Source of the DNA: Octopus vulgaris
Taxonomy: Eukaryota
NCBI GenBank assembly: GCA_951406725.2
Contig: OX597829.1
Location: forward strand, 5,394,001-5,458,000
Direction: 5' to 3'
Length of the DNA stretch: 64,000 nucleotides
The notes beneath the pieces were generated by a model, which saw nothing but the letters and a program-made list of their open reading frames with translations, had not been told where the DNA came from and searched no databases. This document shows positions 45,637-60,666 of the stretch, piece after piece. The position numbers and the translations under genes are program-made. Every line of letters begins with the position of its first letter. Within the stretch, counting starts at the first letter, position 1.

Positions 45637-46641
45637 TATATACACATATGCACACATACACTCACACACACACATATATATATATATACATTTATATATA
45701 TGTGTATATACATATATATATATATAAAATCTATCTACATCTATCCTTCTATCTATCTATCCCTCTCTCTCTCTCTCCCTCTCTCTCTCTTTCTATATAT
45801 ATATATATAATCTATCAGCCTGCCTGTCTGTCTGTCTGTCTATCTATCTATATATATATATATGTGCATATATAGTAAATTATCTAATTGGGTGGGTATT
45901 GTGCACGTATGATTTGAGTGATCTATTTGTAGTATACTGTAATCGCTATAACACATAATTATAGGTTACTGACGTTGACCATGTGTGAGGATATGTTGTG
46001 TTTTACTGTTTGGAGATAACTGAGTTGGATGACGATGTGCTTCGTGGGTTCCGCTGTATTATCAAGTAGTGATTCTGTAATATATATTTTGCATTATAAG
46101 CTGTATTATAGCATCTGATAACAATTCTGAAGATTATATATTGAGTGACATTAAACAGAAACACTCTGCAGTATTCATGTCGGAGTTACCTTCTCTTACG
46201 CCTGTATCCACTTCACATTTTGTATCTTCTGAGAATGACGACTTAAGTACCAGAAAAAACTACTGGAAGAATTATTATCAACTGAATCATGAGATAAATG
46301 AATAATACATAAGTAAGTAGGTTTAGTAGTACTAATAAGAGAGATGGAAATCAATACTTAAAGGCAGCGCATTCGTTAACAGTGAAGTTATTCAAGAGCT
46401 TAGTTTCGTGAAACATACTTAACCAATTGATAAATTTGATAAGTGCTTTGCATGAAACTCTACTCTCTTTGAATTATTTATGTAGTTTCGCAGTTAATAA
46501 ATGAAGAGATATGTGTCTGAGTGTGTGTACATTATACTTGTATCTATTAATATATTACATATAATTAATAATACGCGCACACACTCATACATACTTCGTA
46601 CTTATATTTATATGTGTGTGTGTATATATAAAGAGAGGAGG

Positions 46642-46737
<96 letters not shown>

Positions 46738-47649
46738 CGTGATCACTCAATAACTAACAGCAATACAGGTTTTCTGCCTGTTCTACAGATAATTAAACGG
46801 CCATTGCGCTTTTTAACTAGTCAACTGATTGTCAACTCCCTGAGTTTCTCTTTCATCGTCTCTTTTCACCTCTTCTCTGTCTTAATCCTTTCCTAGCAAG
46901 CACTCAACACTTCATTCATCGTCTTGTTTAAAACCACCATCTGCTTACTTTCAAAGAGTCCACCTTACTGCAACCATGTGAGCTGGATAACGTCATTTCT
47001 CTCTCCCAGTAAGTCATGGATACTAATTTTCTTCTTTGGAGACATGTAAAGACATATTTTTAATCCCATACTGCTGGGATTTTTCATGCAGTTGTCAATT
47101 TTTTGGTTCAAACTAAACACATTGATCACATAACTCTCACTAGTAGCGGAGAATCTGAGAAGGTCATGGACGCAACCATTCCGCCTGAGTAAACGAAAAG
47201 ATTAAAAAAAAAAAGCATTCTTAGCATACCTCATTACAGCTGATTTTCCCCCATATCCCCTACACTACCACCACCAACTGTAGTGTATCTCACAGATCAA
47301 TCTTTACCAACCCACATACAGACAACATGTCCTCTCCACCAATGCTTATTTGGGCATTAAAACTTACTAGTTTGATGTTTTGTCTGCACGAATCTTTATC
47401 TGGTTGGGTACGACACAAACTCCGATGCAAAAATAGTTCAAAAGCTAAGTAACAATTTTCATAATTATCTACTATTCCATCAGTTCTTACATATTTCTCT
47501 GTCCTTTGGAGAGAAGTGACATTTTCGTCCTTCCTATTAGGACAGTTTTAGCTGAATGCCATTTATCATTGTGCTGCACCAATCTGCCTCCACCGCTGGC
47601 AGCAAAATGATTCACTTAATTCTCTATACAAACACACACACACCCAATA

Positions 47650-47695
<46 letters not shown>

Positions 47696-47809
47696 ACATA
47701 CACACAATCAAACAATAACATCTAGATATATTTTTATCTATGTTTCTCACCCTCTTATTCTCTCTTTCTCTCTCCCTTTATATGTATGTGTGTGTGAGCG
47801 CGTGTGTAT

Positions 47810-47847
<38 letters not shown>

Positions 47848-48113
47848 GTAGAAGAGTTGTATAAATTTGGCAAGTGACTTCATCTGAGATCATGTGTTGA
47901 GACTGAAACAATTACGCCGTGAAAGAATCGTTTACAACACACATAAACTGTTAATATTCCCTTTCGTTTGTTTGTTTGTTTCTTTAAAAGTATCAAGTAT
48001 CCTTCCACCAGCAGTAGTTGTTATTCCACCCCTGTCATCTCTGATCCAGCAGACCTATCATCAAAGATGATTCAGTCATGATTATCCCGTCATTTTTTTT
48101 TCTTTCGGACATC

Positions 48114-48175
<62 letters not shown>

Positions 48176-48666
48176 CTGCATTATCTAACATATCATTCCT
48201 TTGTTCAGAGAGTAATGGATTATTTGAGGGAAATTTAATTGGTATTTCTAGCACGTCAACCGATATCCTTTCCGCGTAGGGCTTTCGTGTAGGCTTGAGG
48301 CAGGCTTTTTCAAACACGGGGAATATATTGGATTATGTACTCGTACGTCTGCTTAATTAAGACTGGCAAAGAGTTGAACAACGACATGGTGAATCAGCAA
48401 ATATCAATTGATAAAAATTCACAATTGCAAATCAACAGAGACACAGTTCTGGCATTAAGAAATTTGCAGCCCCTGAGTGGCACCTTAGGCTAGTGTATTC
48501 TGTCAAAGACACAAATTGACCAATGACTGAAAAGTGGAATTTAGTAGATACAAAACTGTGATAAGCGGCATCTGTGTGTTTCGGTATGTATACATGTATG
48601 TGTATATGTGTATATATATATATACATATGGATATGTAGATCTTACTCTGTCTCTCTCTGTCTCTC

Positions 48667-48760
<94 letters not shown>

Positions 48761-48850
48761 GTATATATATATGTATATATATATACGCATATATATATAT
48801 ATACACATACATATGTATGTGTATATATGTATGTGTGTATATATATACAG

Positions 48851-49163
48851 TGGAGGTGCAATGACCCAGTGGTTAGGGCAGCGGACTCGCGGTCCAAGGA
48901 TCGCGGTTTCGATTCCCAGACCGGGCGTTGTGAGTGTTTATTGAGCGAAAACACCTAAAGCTCCATGAGGCTCCGGCAGGGGGGTGGTGGCGGTCCCTGC
49001 TGTACTCTTTCGCCACAACTTTCTCTCATTCTTTCTTCTGTTGGCCTGCTCGCATAGCCAGCGGGGTGGCATCATTTGAAGGCTAAAACAATACGAAGTG
49101 CATTGTGACCAGCGATGTGTAGCAACATCTGATAGCCTGGTCGGTCACAGTGATCACGGTGAT
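48851..49163 (+). mobile_element. Full-length tRNA-derived SINE with RTE-derived tail
   Basis: A box tgacccagtgg, B box gtttcgattcc; tail cctggtcggtcacagtgatcacggtgat. Confidence 0.88.
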
Positions 49164-49172
49164 ATATATATA

Positions 49173-49401
49173 TTTCTTTACTACCCACAAGGGGCTAAAC
49201 ACAGAGGGGCCAAACAAGGACAGTCAAAGGAATTAAGCCGGTTATATCGGCCCCAGTGCGTTACTGGTACTTATTTAATCGACCACGAAATGATGAAAGG
49301 CAAAGTCGACCTCGGCGGAATTTGAACCCAGAACGTAGCGGCAGACGAAATACCGCAAAGCATTTCGCCGGGCGTGCTAACGTTTCTGCCAGCTCGCCGC
49401 C
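49173..49401 (-). mobile_element. Nin/Deu-domain tRNA SINE
   Basis: Head ggcggcgagctggcagaa, B box ggttcaaattcc, gcctttcatc..tcg.ggtcgattaaataagtaccag. Other copies at 55830-56035 and 50430-50500. Confidence 0.85.
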
Positions 49402-49422
49402 CTATACGGTGATATATATATA

Positions 49423-51644
49423 CAGGGTGCCTACCAAAATGTCGACATTCATAGGATGATTTGATTATAAAGTCAGTATGAGGCAATAGAACCTGAGGTA
49501 TCATGAAACATTTAGTTCGATATTTGCGTGACATTCTCGTTCAATAACTGCTTTTAATCGTCTATTGTTGCCTGTTTTGCACCAAGTTTTCTCATGAAAG
49601 TGTCTTAATGGTGAGAGGTCTGGAGAAAGCGAATGTATTCTACTGAACCTCTTCGTCCAATGCAACTGTTTTGAAAAATCTCAAGATAGGTCCACACACC
49701 ACTATGGTAATATGGTGATGCCCGTCTTCTAGCAAATATAATTCCGTATCTTAAAATATCTCTTGGATGCTTGGAGTGACAGATTGTCGCAATTCCAAGT
49801 AAATGGGAAAGTCTCAATACTGTAAAAAAGAATGATCCAAACAATGTTTTTGATGATAATCCGCACCAGTTATAAATTAATACGATATTTTTCCATGGTG
49901 GTTGAGTGATTTGATTTACATTTAGCCTATCCACTCCGAACAATCTTTGTTGGAAAATCTCCTGCACATCTTACAAAACTCCGTTGTACGATCTGGATTA
50001 TCTTCACTGAGAGCATGGACCATTCTTGGAATATAACTTTCTAATGACAGCGCTGCAAAATGCGGTGGACACTTGCTTTCGAAATTCCTATCGCACGACT
50101 TGCTTGCCTTACAAATTCTGTTGGACTCTAGCAATACGTTTATTGTACCATTTCTTGTTTTGTGGAGTTCGTCGATGTCTGCAGTCTTCCTGAATTTTTC
50201 TTGTGGACATTCTGAGCAGTTCCATCTGCTTGAAACTCTAATCCATGTAATTCTAAGTCGCACAAGTGGATCTGTTTGAAATTCCCTTCTAGATTGTTAT
50301 GGCGCTTCGACTGCGGTTTTTAACTTCCAGTGGCACGGTTAGGGTTACGGTAGCATAAATGTCCTTTAATGGAAGCGTTGTCTGGCTTCCATCATTATTT
50401 CTAATGCGAGCAAGCAGAATCATAATCACTCCGGACAATGCTTAGTGGCATTTCGTCCGTCTTCATGTTCTGACTTTGAATTCCGCCAAAGTTGACATGG
50501 CATATGGTTCTTTGAGTATGATCCAGAAAAAAAAACCCATAAACGCCAAATTCAAGAATCGCACACTGCAAACTTACCTCGGCCGAAAGAAGCAAAAATA
50601 TATTTTTGCACACCAAGAACCTGAAGTGACCAACCTGCACTGATTGATACAACACAACTAGCTGCACAATATCCTATTTCCATGGGACAGGTGCAGGATG
50701 GGATGACACGGCCGGTGTGCTGAAAGAATATTCGCACTAGATCTATCTTCCATTTCCTTCAATTATATATGTGTGTGTGTGGGTATGTGTGTAATAAAGC
50801 CCTTTGTGCAAATATATGTATGCTTGTATGTATGCATGTTTATATGTATGTAGGTATGGATGGATGTGTGTATGTATGTACGCATGCATGTACGTATGTA
50901 TGTATGGATGAATGGATGGATGGATGCATGCACGTATGTATGTATGCATGTACGTATGCATGTATGCATGCGTGTTTGTATGTATGTACATATGCATGCA
51001 TGTATGTATGTATGTATGTATGTATGTATGCATGCATGTATGAATGTATGTATGTATGTATGCATGTATGTATGTATGTATGTATGTGCATGTGTGTGTG
51101 TATGTATGTATGTATGTATGTATGTGTGTGTGTATGTATGTATGTATGTATGTATGTATGTATGCATGCATGTATGAATGTATGTATGTATGTATGCATG
51201 TATGCACATATGTATGCATGCGTGTATGTATGTATGTATGTACGTATGCATATATGCATGTATGTATGCATGTACGTATGTATGTATGTATGTATGTATG
51301 TATGTATGTATGCATATACGTATGTATGTATGCATGTATGTACGCACGTATGCATGTACGTATGCACGTATGTATGTATGTATGTATGTATGTACGTATG
51401 TATGTATGTATGTATGTATGTACGTATGAATATGTATGCATGCGTGTATGCATGTATGTACGTATGCATATATGCATGTATGTATGCACGTATGTATGTA
51501 TGTATGTGTGACTGTATAAACATTTATGAGCGCTACGGGTAACTTTTAAACTTAGTAGAAACATCTTTTATGATCGAGTCATCGACAACTGCACTGGAAG
51601 TCCCACCAAGCTTGATTGAAGTGAAGGGCAATTATAAACACCCT
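49423..51644 (-). mobile_element. Decayed Tc1/mariner-superfamily element (DD41D/rosa-like) with nested insertions
   Basis: TA-CAGGGTG termini at both ends; VHALSEDNPDR..EFC; IGRRGSVEY...SPDLSPL. Confidence 0.75.
50815..51510. repeat. (TATG)n degenerate microsatellite
   Basis: Read directly from the sequence. Confidence 0.98.
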
Positions 51645-52139
51645 GTAAAATGAAAAAGGATGCCACGTTAATGGGTAGAATAAGTCTGGGTAGGCAACAG
51701 TGATCCAATAGTGTGCATTTATGCACATCAAATACGTATGTTTTTAGTGGTATATTTTCCTTTCATTGAAAAAAGGTACGGAAATGATTTAGCAACTTTC
51801 ACTTTCACAGCTACAGAGTTCGTGACCGCAGGTCTATGGGGTCAACTATTTCTATATATTAATAACGTAATTATACGGATGATGATTTTAGTAATTTAAA
51901 TGTGGAAACAGTTAGGGAATTTAAATGTGAAAGTTTTTCGTTTAGCATGTAACTTTTTTGCCCTGAATATACACATCATCCAAAACATGTGTATTTAAAA
52001 TCATGTTACTGATTTACCGTGATAATGTATTGAAATTTCACAAGGAAAATTTTGAGATTTTAAACTCAGTGGATATATTTCTTTGGTGCTTAAGCACTAC
52101 ATGAACTACTCACATAATTACATAAGTATATATACGTGA

Positions 52140-52189
<50 letters not shown>

Positions 52190-52191
<2 letters not shown>

Positions 52192-53022
52192 GAATGTCCT
52201 CCCTAAAACGCTTCAAAACGTTGAAGTAGAACTCGATTGACGGTCTGGCCCCGGGGGATGAATTCTTGATGCACAATACCGTGAATGTTGAAAAATAAAA
52301 ATCTATGAAAATGCTCTTGATTGAGCTGCGGCTCTGTCGTGCCTTCTTCGGTCATGGAGAAGAAGAGCACCTGCTTTGTCACGGAGTTGTACCCGTTGGT
52401 CCAACTCTCGTCACCGGTGATGATCCTCAACATGAAGGATAGGCCATCAGTGGCACACTGACGAAAATCTTGTTCTTTCTGCTCAGTGGTCAGCAGGCGG
52501 ACAAACTTGGCAGAGACTCGCTGCGTGTTCAATTTAGACATTAGTATTACCTCCACGGAGCCATACGACAAACCAACAAGATCGGCGATGTCGTTGTTTA
52601 TCTTCCGACGATTGTCATACACAAGCTGATGAATTTTCTCTACATTTTCGTGTGTGATGATCATGGTAGGTCTTCCAGATCGCTCATGCTCTTACGTTTT
52701 TGAAGCGCCTGTCCTACTCAAAACATTGCGTAAGACCCATTGCCTCGTCACCATAAACTTGCCGAACTATCCTCAATGTCTCCGTAGCAGACTTCCCAAG
52801 TTTAACGCAAAATTTCATGTTGGCTCATGACAAAATCGTTGACCACAATATACACGGGATCACAAAATCACAAATTTTATACTTTGCCAAGTAAACACAA
52901 CAATGTCATTCTGCACACTACCTCATGAAGGTCACTGCTAGCTCTCACTGCACTTGCAACCATGTACTGCCATCTGTTGGCGCGCTACAAAACTAGTACG
53001 GAAACTTTTTGATACCACTTCG
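52190..53022 (-). mobile_element. Decayed mariner, 5' two-thirds
   Basis: NMKFCVKLGKSATET, RVSAKFV, ITGDESW..GYN..TKQ; 5' TIR-like cgaagtggtatcaaaaagtttcc. Confidence 0.88.
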
Positions 53023-53708
53023 CATAATGACATCTGCCCTTCTGAACAAACTAGCAGCATTCCAATTCAATGAAAGCCCATTTGATACATATTCTCTCCT
53101 GCTCTCACCACTTTCATCTATGTCTTAGCCACACAGGCCTTGCCTTTATCATCATCTTATAGATATTCAAAGATATCACCCACCATATCAGTTTCATATC
53201 TCTCGAAGGATCAGTGAATGTCACGGGTACTGCTTCTATTCCCATATGAAATCATTACAGCAAAAATTAAATACCATTGCGTGTCTTAAGGATCAATCCT
53301 AAGAGAGTTGCATTTTTGGCATCCTTTCAAATGCATTTTAGTCAGGCAAGTACAAGATACATACTATTACTAGTACGTGCAAAGTTAAATTGTGTGTGTG
53401 TGTGTGTGTGCATGCATGCGTGCGTTTGTATTCCGTCATTGGTGTCGACTAATGATTGTGCTAGCTGTTCTACCAATACGATTATCTACTCTTCAAACAG
53501 GCAAAATTAGTGGCTGAGTATTTCACATTTACTTCCTGAATATAATCCTGAAACACAATCAGTATAGGAGTACGTGCCAAGGCAGAGCATTCGAATTATA
53601 AGTACAGGGATGAGATAGGCCGACCCACAGTTTCCATATAACCAGTATCGCTCACGAGCTTATGTCAACAGAAATCTATAGTAATAGATAGCCAACTCTG
53701 AATGTTCA

Positions 53709-53987
<279 letters not shown>

Positions 53988-54233
53988 ATATGTATATATA
54001 AAGTGTCAACACGGTATGCAGATTAGCAGCTCTAGTTTTGTGTAGCTAATGAAAGTGTTGAGTTTTTAAACGGGTTGGCTGGTTGTCTCTCTGAAACTGA
54101 TCAATTCATATAGACATCTCTGATGAAACCCCAATAATATTCGAAAATCGATTATGGTTGTTTATCGCTTTTCCAACCAACGGAGAGATAGCTTAATTAC
54201 CCCTGTTTATTTATATACATATGTATATGTGTG

Positions 54234-54277
<44 letters not shown>

Positions 54278-54310
54278 CACACACACACACACAGACACAC
54301 ACACACACAC

Positions 54311-54348
<38 letters not shown>

Positions 54349-54425
54349 CATATATATTTCTTTCCTCCACATCACTCTCTATTTGTATCACATTGAAACT
54401 ATGACTTAACTTTTCCTCTCATACC

Positions 54426-54477
54426 GTCTCCGATGAAGGGATATAATTAATAAATATCCTAGAAACAGCTGTAAGAC
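54426..54477 (+). ncRNA. Type I hammerhead motif, U4C variant
   Basis: GUCU-CCGAUGA-A-GGGAUAU-aauuaauaa-AUAUCCU-A-GAAAC-AGCU-GUA-AGAC; stem III palindrome ACAGCUGU. Confidence 0.75.
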
Positions 54478-54528
54478 CTTCTATCTATAAATTCTCTAAT
54501 ATCAGCCTTGGGTTTTTTTATCTCATTA

Positions 54529-54600
<72 letters not shown>

Positions 54601-54620
54601 TACATACATATATATATGTA

Positions 54621-54651
<31 letters not shown>

Positions 54652-54663
54652 CATATATATATG

Positions 54664-54700
<37 letters not shown>

Positions 54701-57009
54701 CATATATATATGTAATTATATATAAATATATACACATATGTATGTGTTTTTATATACATACACACATACACACACACTCATATATATAATTCAATTTAAT
54801 TTAATTAGTCAATGAGCTAAACTCCCTCGTTCACCGGTTTATATCAGCGTTCAGAGAAAAACCAGCTATACTAGTTTATCATTGAAACATACAGGTATTC
54901 AACTAAACCTTTTAAACTAAGAAAAGGAAAAAAAGGTATATATGTATTCATATAAGGCAAATAAGAAAATGGAGAGGATAATCAGTATTATTATCCCTTA
55001 GACGATTGCTTAACCTCTAACTCATACAGACATATATATATAAGTGTGTGTGTGTGTGTGTGTGAATGTATATATGTATATATGTATGTATGTATATATG
55101 TATGTATGTATGTATGTACGTATATATATATATGTATATATATAATAAAAAGTATCTACAACATATATTTTGTAGTTATATGCAGCATATTACAATGCCT
55201 CACATGTGTTTCTGCTGCAGCAATTATTCACTTTTGCAGATGCAACCTTGCAATATTGTTGGTGCAGCTTCATCAGAGTCAATCCACTTGGTCATCATCG
55301 AAGTTAACTGAAGTGAAATGATTGAAGTAAACTTTTGTATTAATATACATTCTAGACAATTTCTACTGTCCAGGGAAGAGAACACCGAATCACCCATCGG
55401 AAGAATTTTAAGGAGTGACTAACAACTGTTAATATTTATCTCCAAACTCTCTCTCTCTCTCTCTCTCTCTCACATACATAATGAGAGAGAACGAGAAGCA
55501 TGAATACGGTATTCCTGTATGATATGCAACACCTGTTTCTATGATTGATAATCGATTATGGCGAATTATAAAAGCAATTTATATACACTAATTGATGATA
55601 TTGGTGTTCGTTTCCCAAGTGCGAGGTTTTAGGTTCAGTTCAACAGCATAGCATCATGAACAAATATCCTCTACTACTATAGCCTCGAGCCGACTAGAAT
55701 TTTATGAGTAGATTTGTTAGACGGAAATTGAAAGCTACTCAGAGTGTGTATATGTATATATATATGTATGTATCTGACTCTATGTATAAGCATGTGTGTG
55801 TATAGGCAGACAAATAGACAAAAGAGCACGCGGATAGAGAGTCATGTGGAACGCCGGTCAAAATGCTTAGAAGCATTCCGTCCTTTTTATATTCAGAGTT
55901 CAAATACCACTAAGGGCAACTTTGCCTTTCGGCCTTTCGGGGTCGATAAAATAAGTAGCAGTTGAACACTGGGATCGATGAAATCGACTTGCCTATTTCC
56001 TGAAATTGATGGCCCTGTGCCAAAATTGGAAATCAGAATAAGTACTAATTGTTTAAATGTTCTTTTTAATTTACTATTTTTGTATATCGCACGGGCATAA
56101 GTGCACATGTCCGTGTGTATGCACATGACCGTGTGTATGCACATGTCTGTGTGTACGTCTGAAAGAAACCCGTCCTATATGCATACATACATGTATCGTG
56201 TATCAACGGTGGTGCCCCAGCATGGCCGCAGCCTTCGAGCTGAAACATTTTTAAGGATTTAAGGATTTATACGTGTGTGTTAGTGTCACCTTGTCTTGAC
56301 ATGGCGTGACAGCAAGAAGTGAAAATGCCAGTCACGTCATACAAGCTGTGTCCTTCGTTTCAAATCTTTCGTGAAAATTATGTCAGGCCATGGAGAAATA
56401 TAAACTTGCTTGGAAACAATTGAGGGTTGCTGACAGGAAGAGCACCGAGCCGTAGAAAATCTGCTTCAAGAAAATTCCGCACGATTCAAACAAAGATATA
56501 TAAAAAAAACAACAACAGTGGACGTTAAAGTGATCGTTGTGATGTTGAGAATGTTAATGATAATGACGATAATGATGACAATAATGATGATGATGATAAC
56601 GATGATGATGATGATGATGATGATGATGTGGATGATGACGATGATAATGATGATGATGATGATGATGATGATGGTAATAATGATATATTTATGTAAAAAA
56701 AAACCCATAAAAACTTATGGTTAATAAGGGAATATAAAAATTCCTTAATAAAATGAACAGTGTAATGCTTTTAATATAACACAAACACACAAGCACGAAC
56801 ATGCCTAAACACACGCTCAAATACATACATGTATACATATATATATACACAAACGGAGGTGTATGTGTGGGAATGGGTTGATCAGTTCAAAGACATTCGC
56901 AGATATAATACACCCAATTAATGCAGACACCCTCCTAACGTGACAGTTACCCAAATTATATTTATAATTATGGAATTGAAAAAACTCATTAGAAAGAATC
57001 CAACGACTA

Positions 57010-57054
57010 TCCACACACACAGACATTCATACACACATACATACATACACACAC

Positions 57055-57085
<31 letters not shown>

Positions 57086-58040
57086 CATACATACATACAT
57101 ACATACATACATACATACATACATACATACATACATACATACATAAATACATACATTCATACATACGTACATATATACATACATACACACACACATACGT
57201 ACATGCATACATGCATACATGCATACATGCATACATACATACATACATACATACATACATACACACACACATACATACACACACATACATACATACATAC
57301 ATACATACATGCATACATACAAGCATGCATACATACACACACACATACATACGTACATGCATACATGTATACATGCATACATACATACATACATACATAC
57401 ACACATACATACATACATACATACACACACATACATACATACACACATACATACACACATACATACACACATACATACATACATACATACATACATACAT
57501 GTATTCATACATACATACATACATACATACATACACACATGCATGCATACATACATACACACACACATACATACATACACACATACATACATACATACAC
57601 ACATACATGCATACATACATACATGCATGCATACGTATATACATACATACCTGCATGTTACATACATACATACATACATACATATACACGCACACATACA
57701 TACGTACATATATACATGCATGCATACATACATACATACATACATACATACATACATACATACATACATACATCCATCCATACATACACACACACATACA
57801 CACACATACACACACATACATACATACTTACATACATACATACATACACACATACACACATACATACGTACATACATGCATACAAACATACATACATACA
57901 TACATACATACATACACACATACATACGCACATACATACATACATACTTACATACACACATACATACACACACACATACATACATACATACATACATACA
58001 TACATACATACATACATACATACATGCATGCATGCATACA
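57010..58040. repeat. ~1 kb (TACA)n degenerate microsatellite
   Basis: Read directly from the sequence. Confidence 0.98.
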
Positions 58041-58130
58041 AAAGAGTCATTCTAAGCAAATTGAAACAGATGGGTATAGATAAATGATTAAATTTAGATA
58101 GATATGTGAATAGTTGTTTATATCTGTCTG

Positions 58131-58186
<56 letters not shown>

Positions 58187-58511
58187 GTCTGTCTGTCTGT
58201 ATGTATGTATGTATCTCTCTATATATATAGCGTACACAAAGGAATATAATCCAAGCTGTGTACTCATTAAGCATATCTGCGCATTCCAGTTAGGACATGT
58301 ATGTATGTAGATGCTATACTTTTAAATAAGAGAATTATACCTCTAGTTAAAGCTCCGCGTAAATCATATTGCAAAGTATACATTAAAACAAAAACTGGAA
58401 AATATAGTATATTTTTAATTGCATGTTACATGTGTTTCATTACAGTATTGGTAATGAATTATGAATAACAATAATAATGATGATGAAGATGATTATAGTT
58501 ATAATAATAAC

Positions 58512-58629
<118 letters not shown>

Positions 58630-58659
58630 TAATAATCGACCTACCACTATATAGCTCTA

Positions 58660-58752
58660 TAATTTGCTGATGAGTACTCAGCATTTTAAAACTGTTGTAA
58701 TACTTACAACAGTTAATAAAATGATGTAGTACGAAACGATCGTACTAAATTA
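58660..58752 (+). ncRNA. Type I hammerhead ribozyme with canonical core and long stem II
   Basis: UAAUUUG-CUGAUGA-GUACU...AGUAC-GAAAC-GAUC-GUA-CUAAAUUA. Stem II is extended by cauuuua..aacuguuguaa / uuacaacaguu..uaaaaug. Confidence 0.88.
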
Positions 58753-58944
58753 CCGGAGTCATTCTTGTTGCTTATTTTGATTATAATCACCCCAAGGATT
58801 TTTATGGATAACACCATACAGAATTCTGGTGCATCTAAATTAAGTACCATATTTATTTGGTATACACATGCGTATATATATTCGCAGCCTACCAGAAAAT
58901 GTCCAGTTGTATCTATTAAGTATATGTGGCTGAACATGTTTATT

Positions 58945-59952
58945 GCAGGGATGTCAAGAATGAAAGCTTTGATGAGGAGTTATATGTTTTGGCCGACAAT
59001 GGACCGGAACATCAAAAATGTGTTGAAGCCATGTAGAGCTTGTGCGTTAGTAGCCAAATCACCACCGGTGAAATACTAATCGTTGCCTGAGACTGATAGT
59101 CCGTGGTCCAGGTGACATATAGACTATGCTCGACCGGTGCATAGTGTGTCCTACTTGATCAGTGTTGATAGCTTTACCAAGGGGCTGGAAGTGTGTAGGT
59201 GCAGTTAACCAACCTCAAAGACAACAATAAAATTCCTGCAGGACCTTTTTTGCTCGATACAGTGTTCCGGACACCACAGCATAGGATAATGGATCACATT
59301 TTACAGTATATGATTTCAAGAAATTCTACAAAATGCATGCAGCCGACTACATGTTTACCCTGCCTTTCCACCTGATGTCAAATGAGAAAGCAGAACGATG
59401 CGAAGATACTTTCAAGCGAGCGCTCAAAAAGCAAGGAATGGGTAAGGAATTGCCGAAGCGCTAACTAAATTCTTAAGAGTGTACCGAATAACGCCCAATC
59501 CGAATACCAGTTCAGGCAAGTCGCCTGCGGAGCTAATGTTTGCTAGAAAGATTAAATCGATCTTCGATAAAGTGTTGCCAAAGGAAAAACGTACAGAGAA
59601 AATACCAAAAAATAAACATTTTGATGTCGGAGACAAAGTCCATTTCAAAGTATACAAGAACGGTAAAGGTAGTTGGCAGGATGGTGTAGCGACTAAAAGA
59701 ATTGAAAACGTGAAGCATTTAATAAAAGGCCAACGATGGGGACACAAACGGCACCTAAATCAATTAAAAACAAGACATACAGAAGCAAGGAAGGAAATTC
59801 CAATGGAAGTGCTTTACATGTTCGATGTTCCAACACCGAAAGAAGATTGACCCCAGAAGGAGCAGTAACAGAAAACGTAAACAGACAGAAAATTCAGAAA
59901 TAATATCTAATCGGAAGCAAAATTTCAAAAAAAAAGGAGGTGTTGGAAAGAA

Positions 59953-60022
<70 letters not shown>

Positions 60023-60056
60023 TTAATAATAATATTAATAATAATAATGATGATGA

Positions 60057-60090
<34 letters not shown>

Positions 60091-60462
60091 GGTGATGATG
60101 ATGATGATGATGATGGTGATGATGATAAATGTCGTTTCGTACAGAAGTCAAAATCTCAAAAAGGGATGTTGTGGCGAGAGTCGCGATACTCCCTGTGAGA
60201 ATAGACTTGACGGAACGACTATAAATAGTAACGGTCTGAGTGAAAGAAAGAGAATAGGCGTTAATGGCAGGAAGTCATCAGGTGTCATTTTGGCAGTTTG
60301 TCGGAATATCGTCTGTTGGTTGGTGTATAGTTCGTGGAGAGTTTGTTGGATCGTTACGGTGTTGTTACAATGCTTCGTTATATATTTTATTGTTATTACA
60401 CGGTTATAGTGTAAACAAGTATCGTCGTAAATAGTGGCGTTACTACAATAAATGGCAACGAG
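58945..60462 (+). mobile_element. Gypsy LTR retrotransposon remnant: integrase, PPT and LTR (60167-60447)
   Basis: GMSRMKALMRSYMFWP...C..C, HIDYA, VDSFTK, DNG, SNEKAER, YRITP..SPAELMF; purine tract then TG...CA. Confidence 0.9.
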
Positions 60463-60666
60463 TAACTACGTTACAATAATAACCAGGAGGGATCTCAGTG
60501 CTTATGATAAACTTGGCATCAATACTTATGTTGCACTTGGTTATCCATTTGATAATTACAAGACTCGTGACATTGCAAATCAATGGATATGTGTTAATTA
60601 TTGTTAAAGTACCCTGATTATAATTTCATTTGAGCTCTCACTCCATTCTCAATGGATTTTGTTATG

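Noticed and set aside
46116-46180. CTGAAGA...GAAAC..GTA
   Set aside because: Stems I-III do not pair.
54112-54170. CTGATGA...GAAAATCGATTA hammerhead-like motif
   Set aside because: No convincing stem II or stem I; at most a fossil.
55348-55410. Minus-strand CCGATGG...GAAATTGTC
   Set aside because: Two core deviations and no stem II.
56918-58087. Long ORFs up to 371 aa (MYVC/HTYI repeats), also at 50743-51564, 14303-14867, 41658-42090 and elsewhere
   Set aside because: Translations of (TACA)n, (TA)n and (CA)n microsatellites that lack stop codons; no coding signal.
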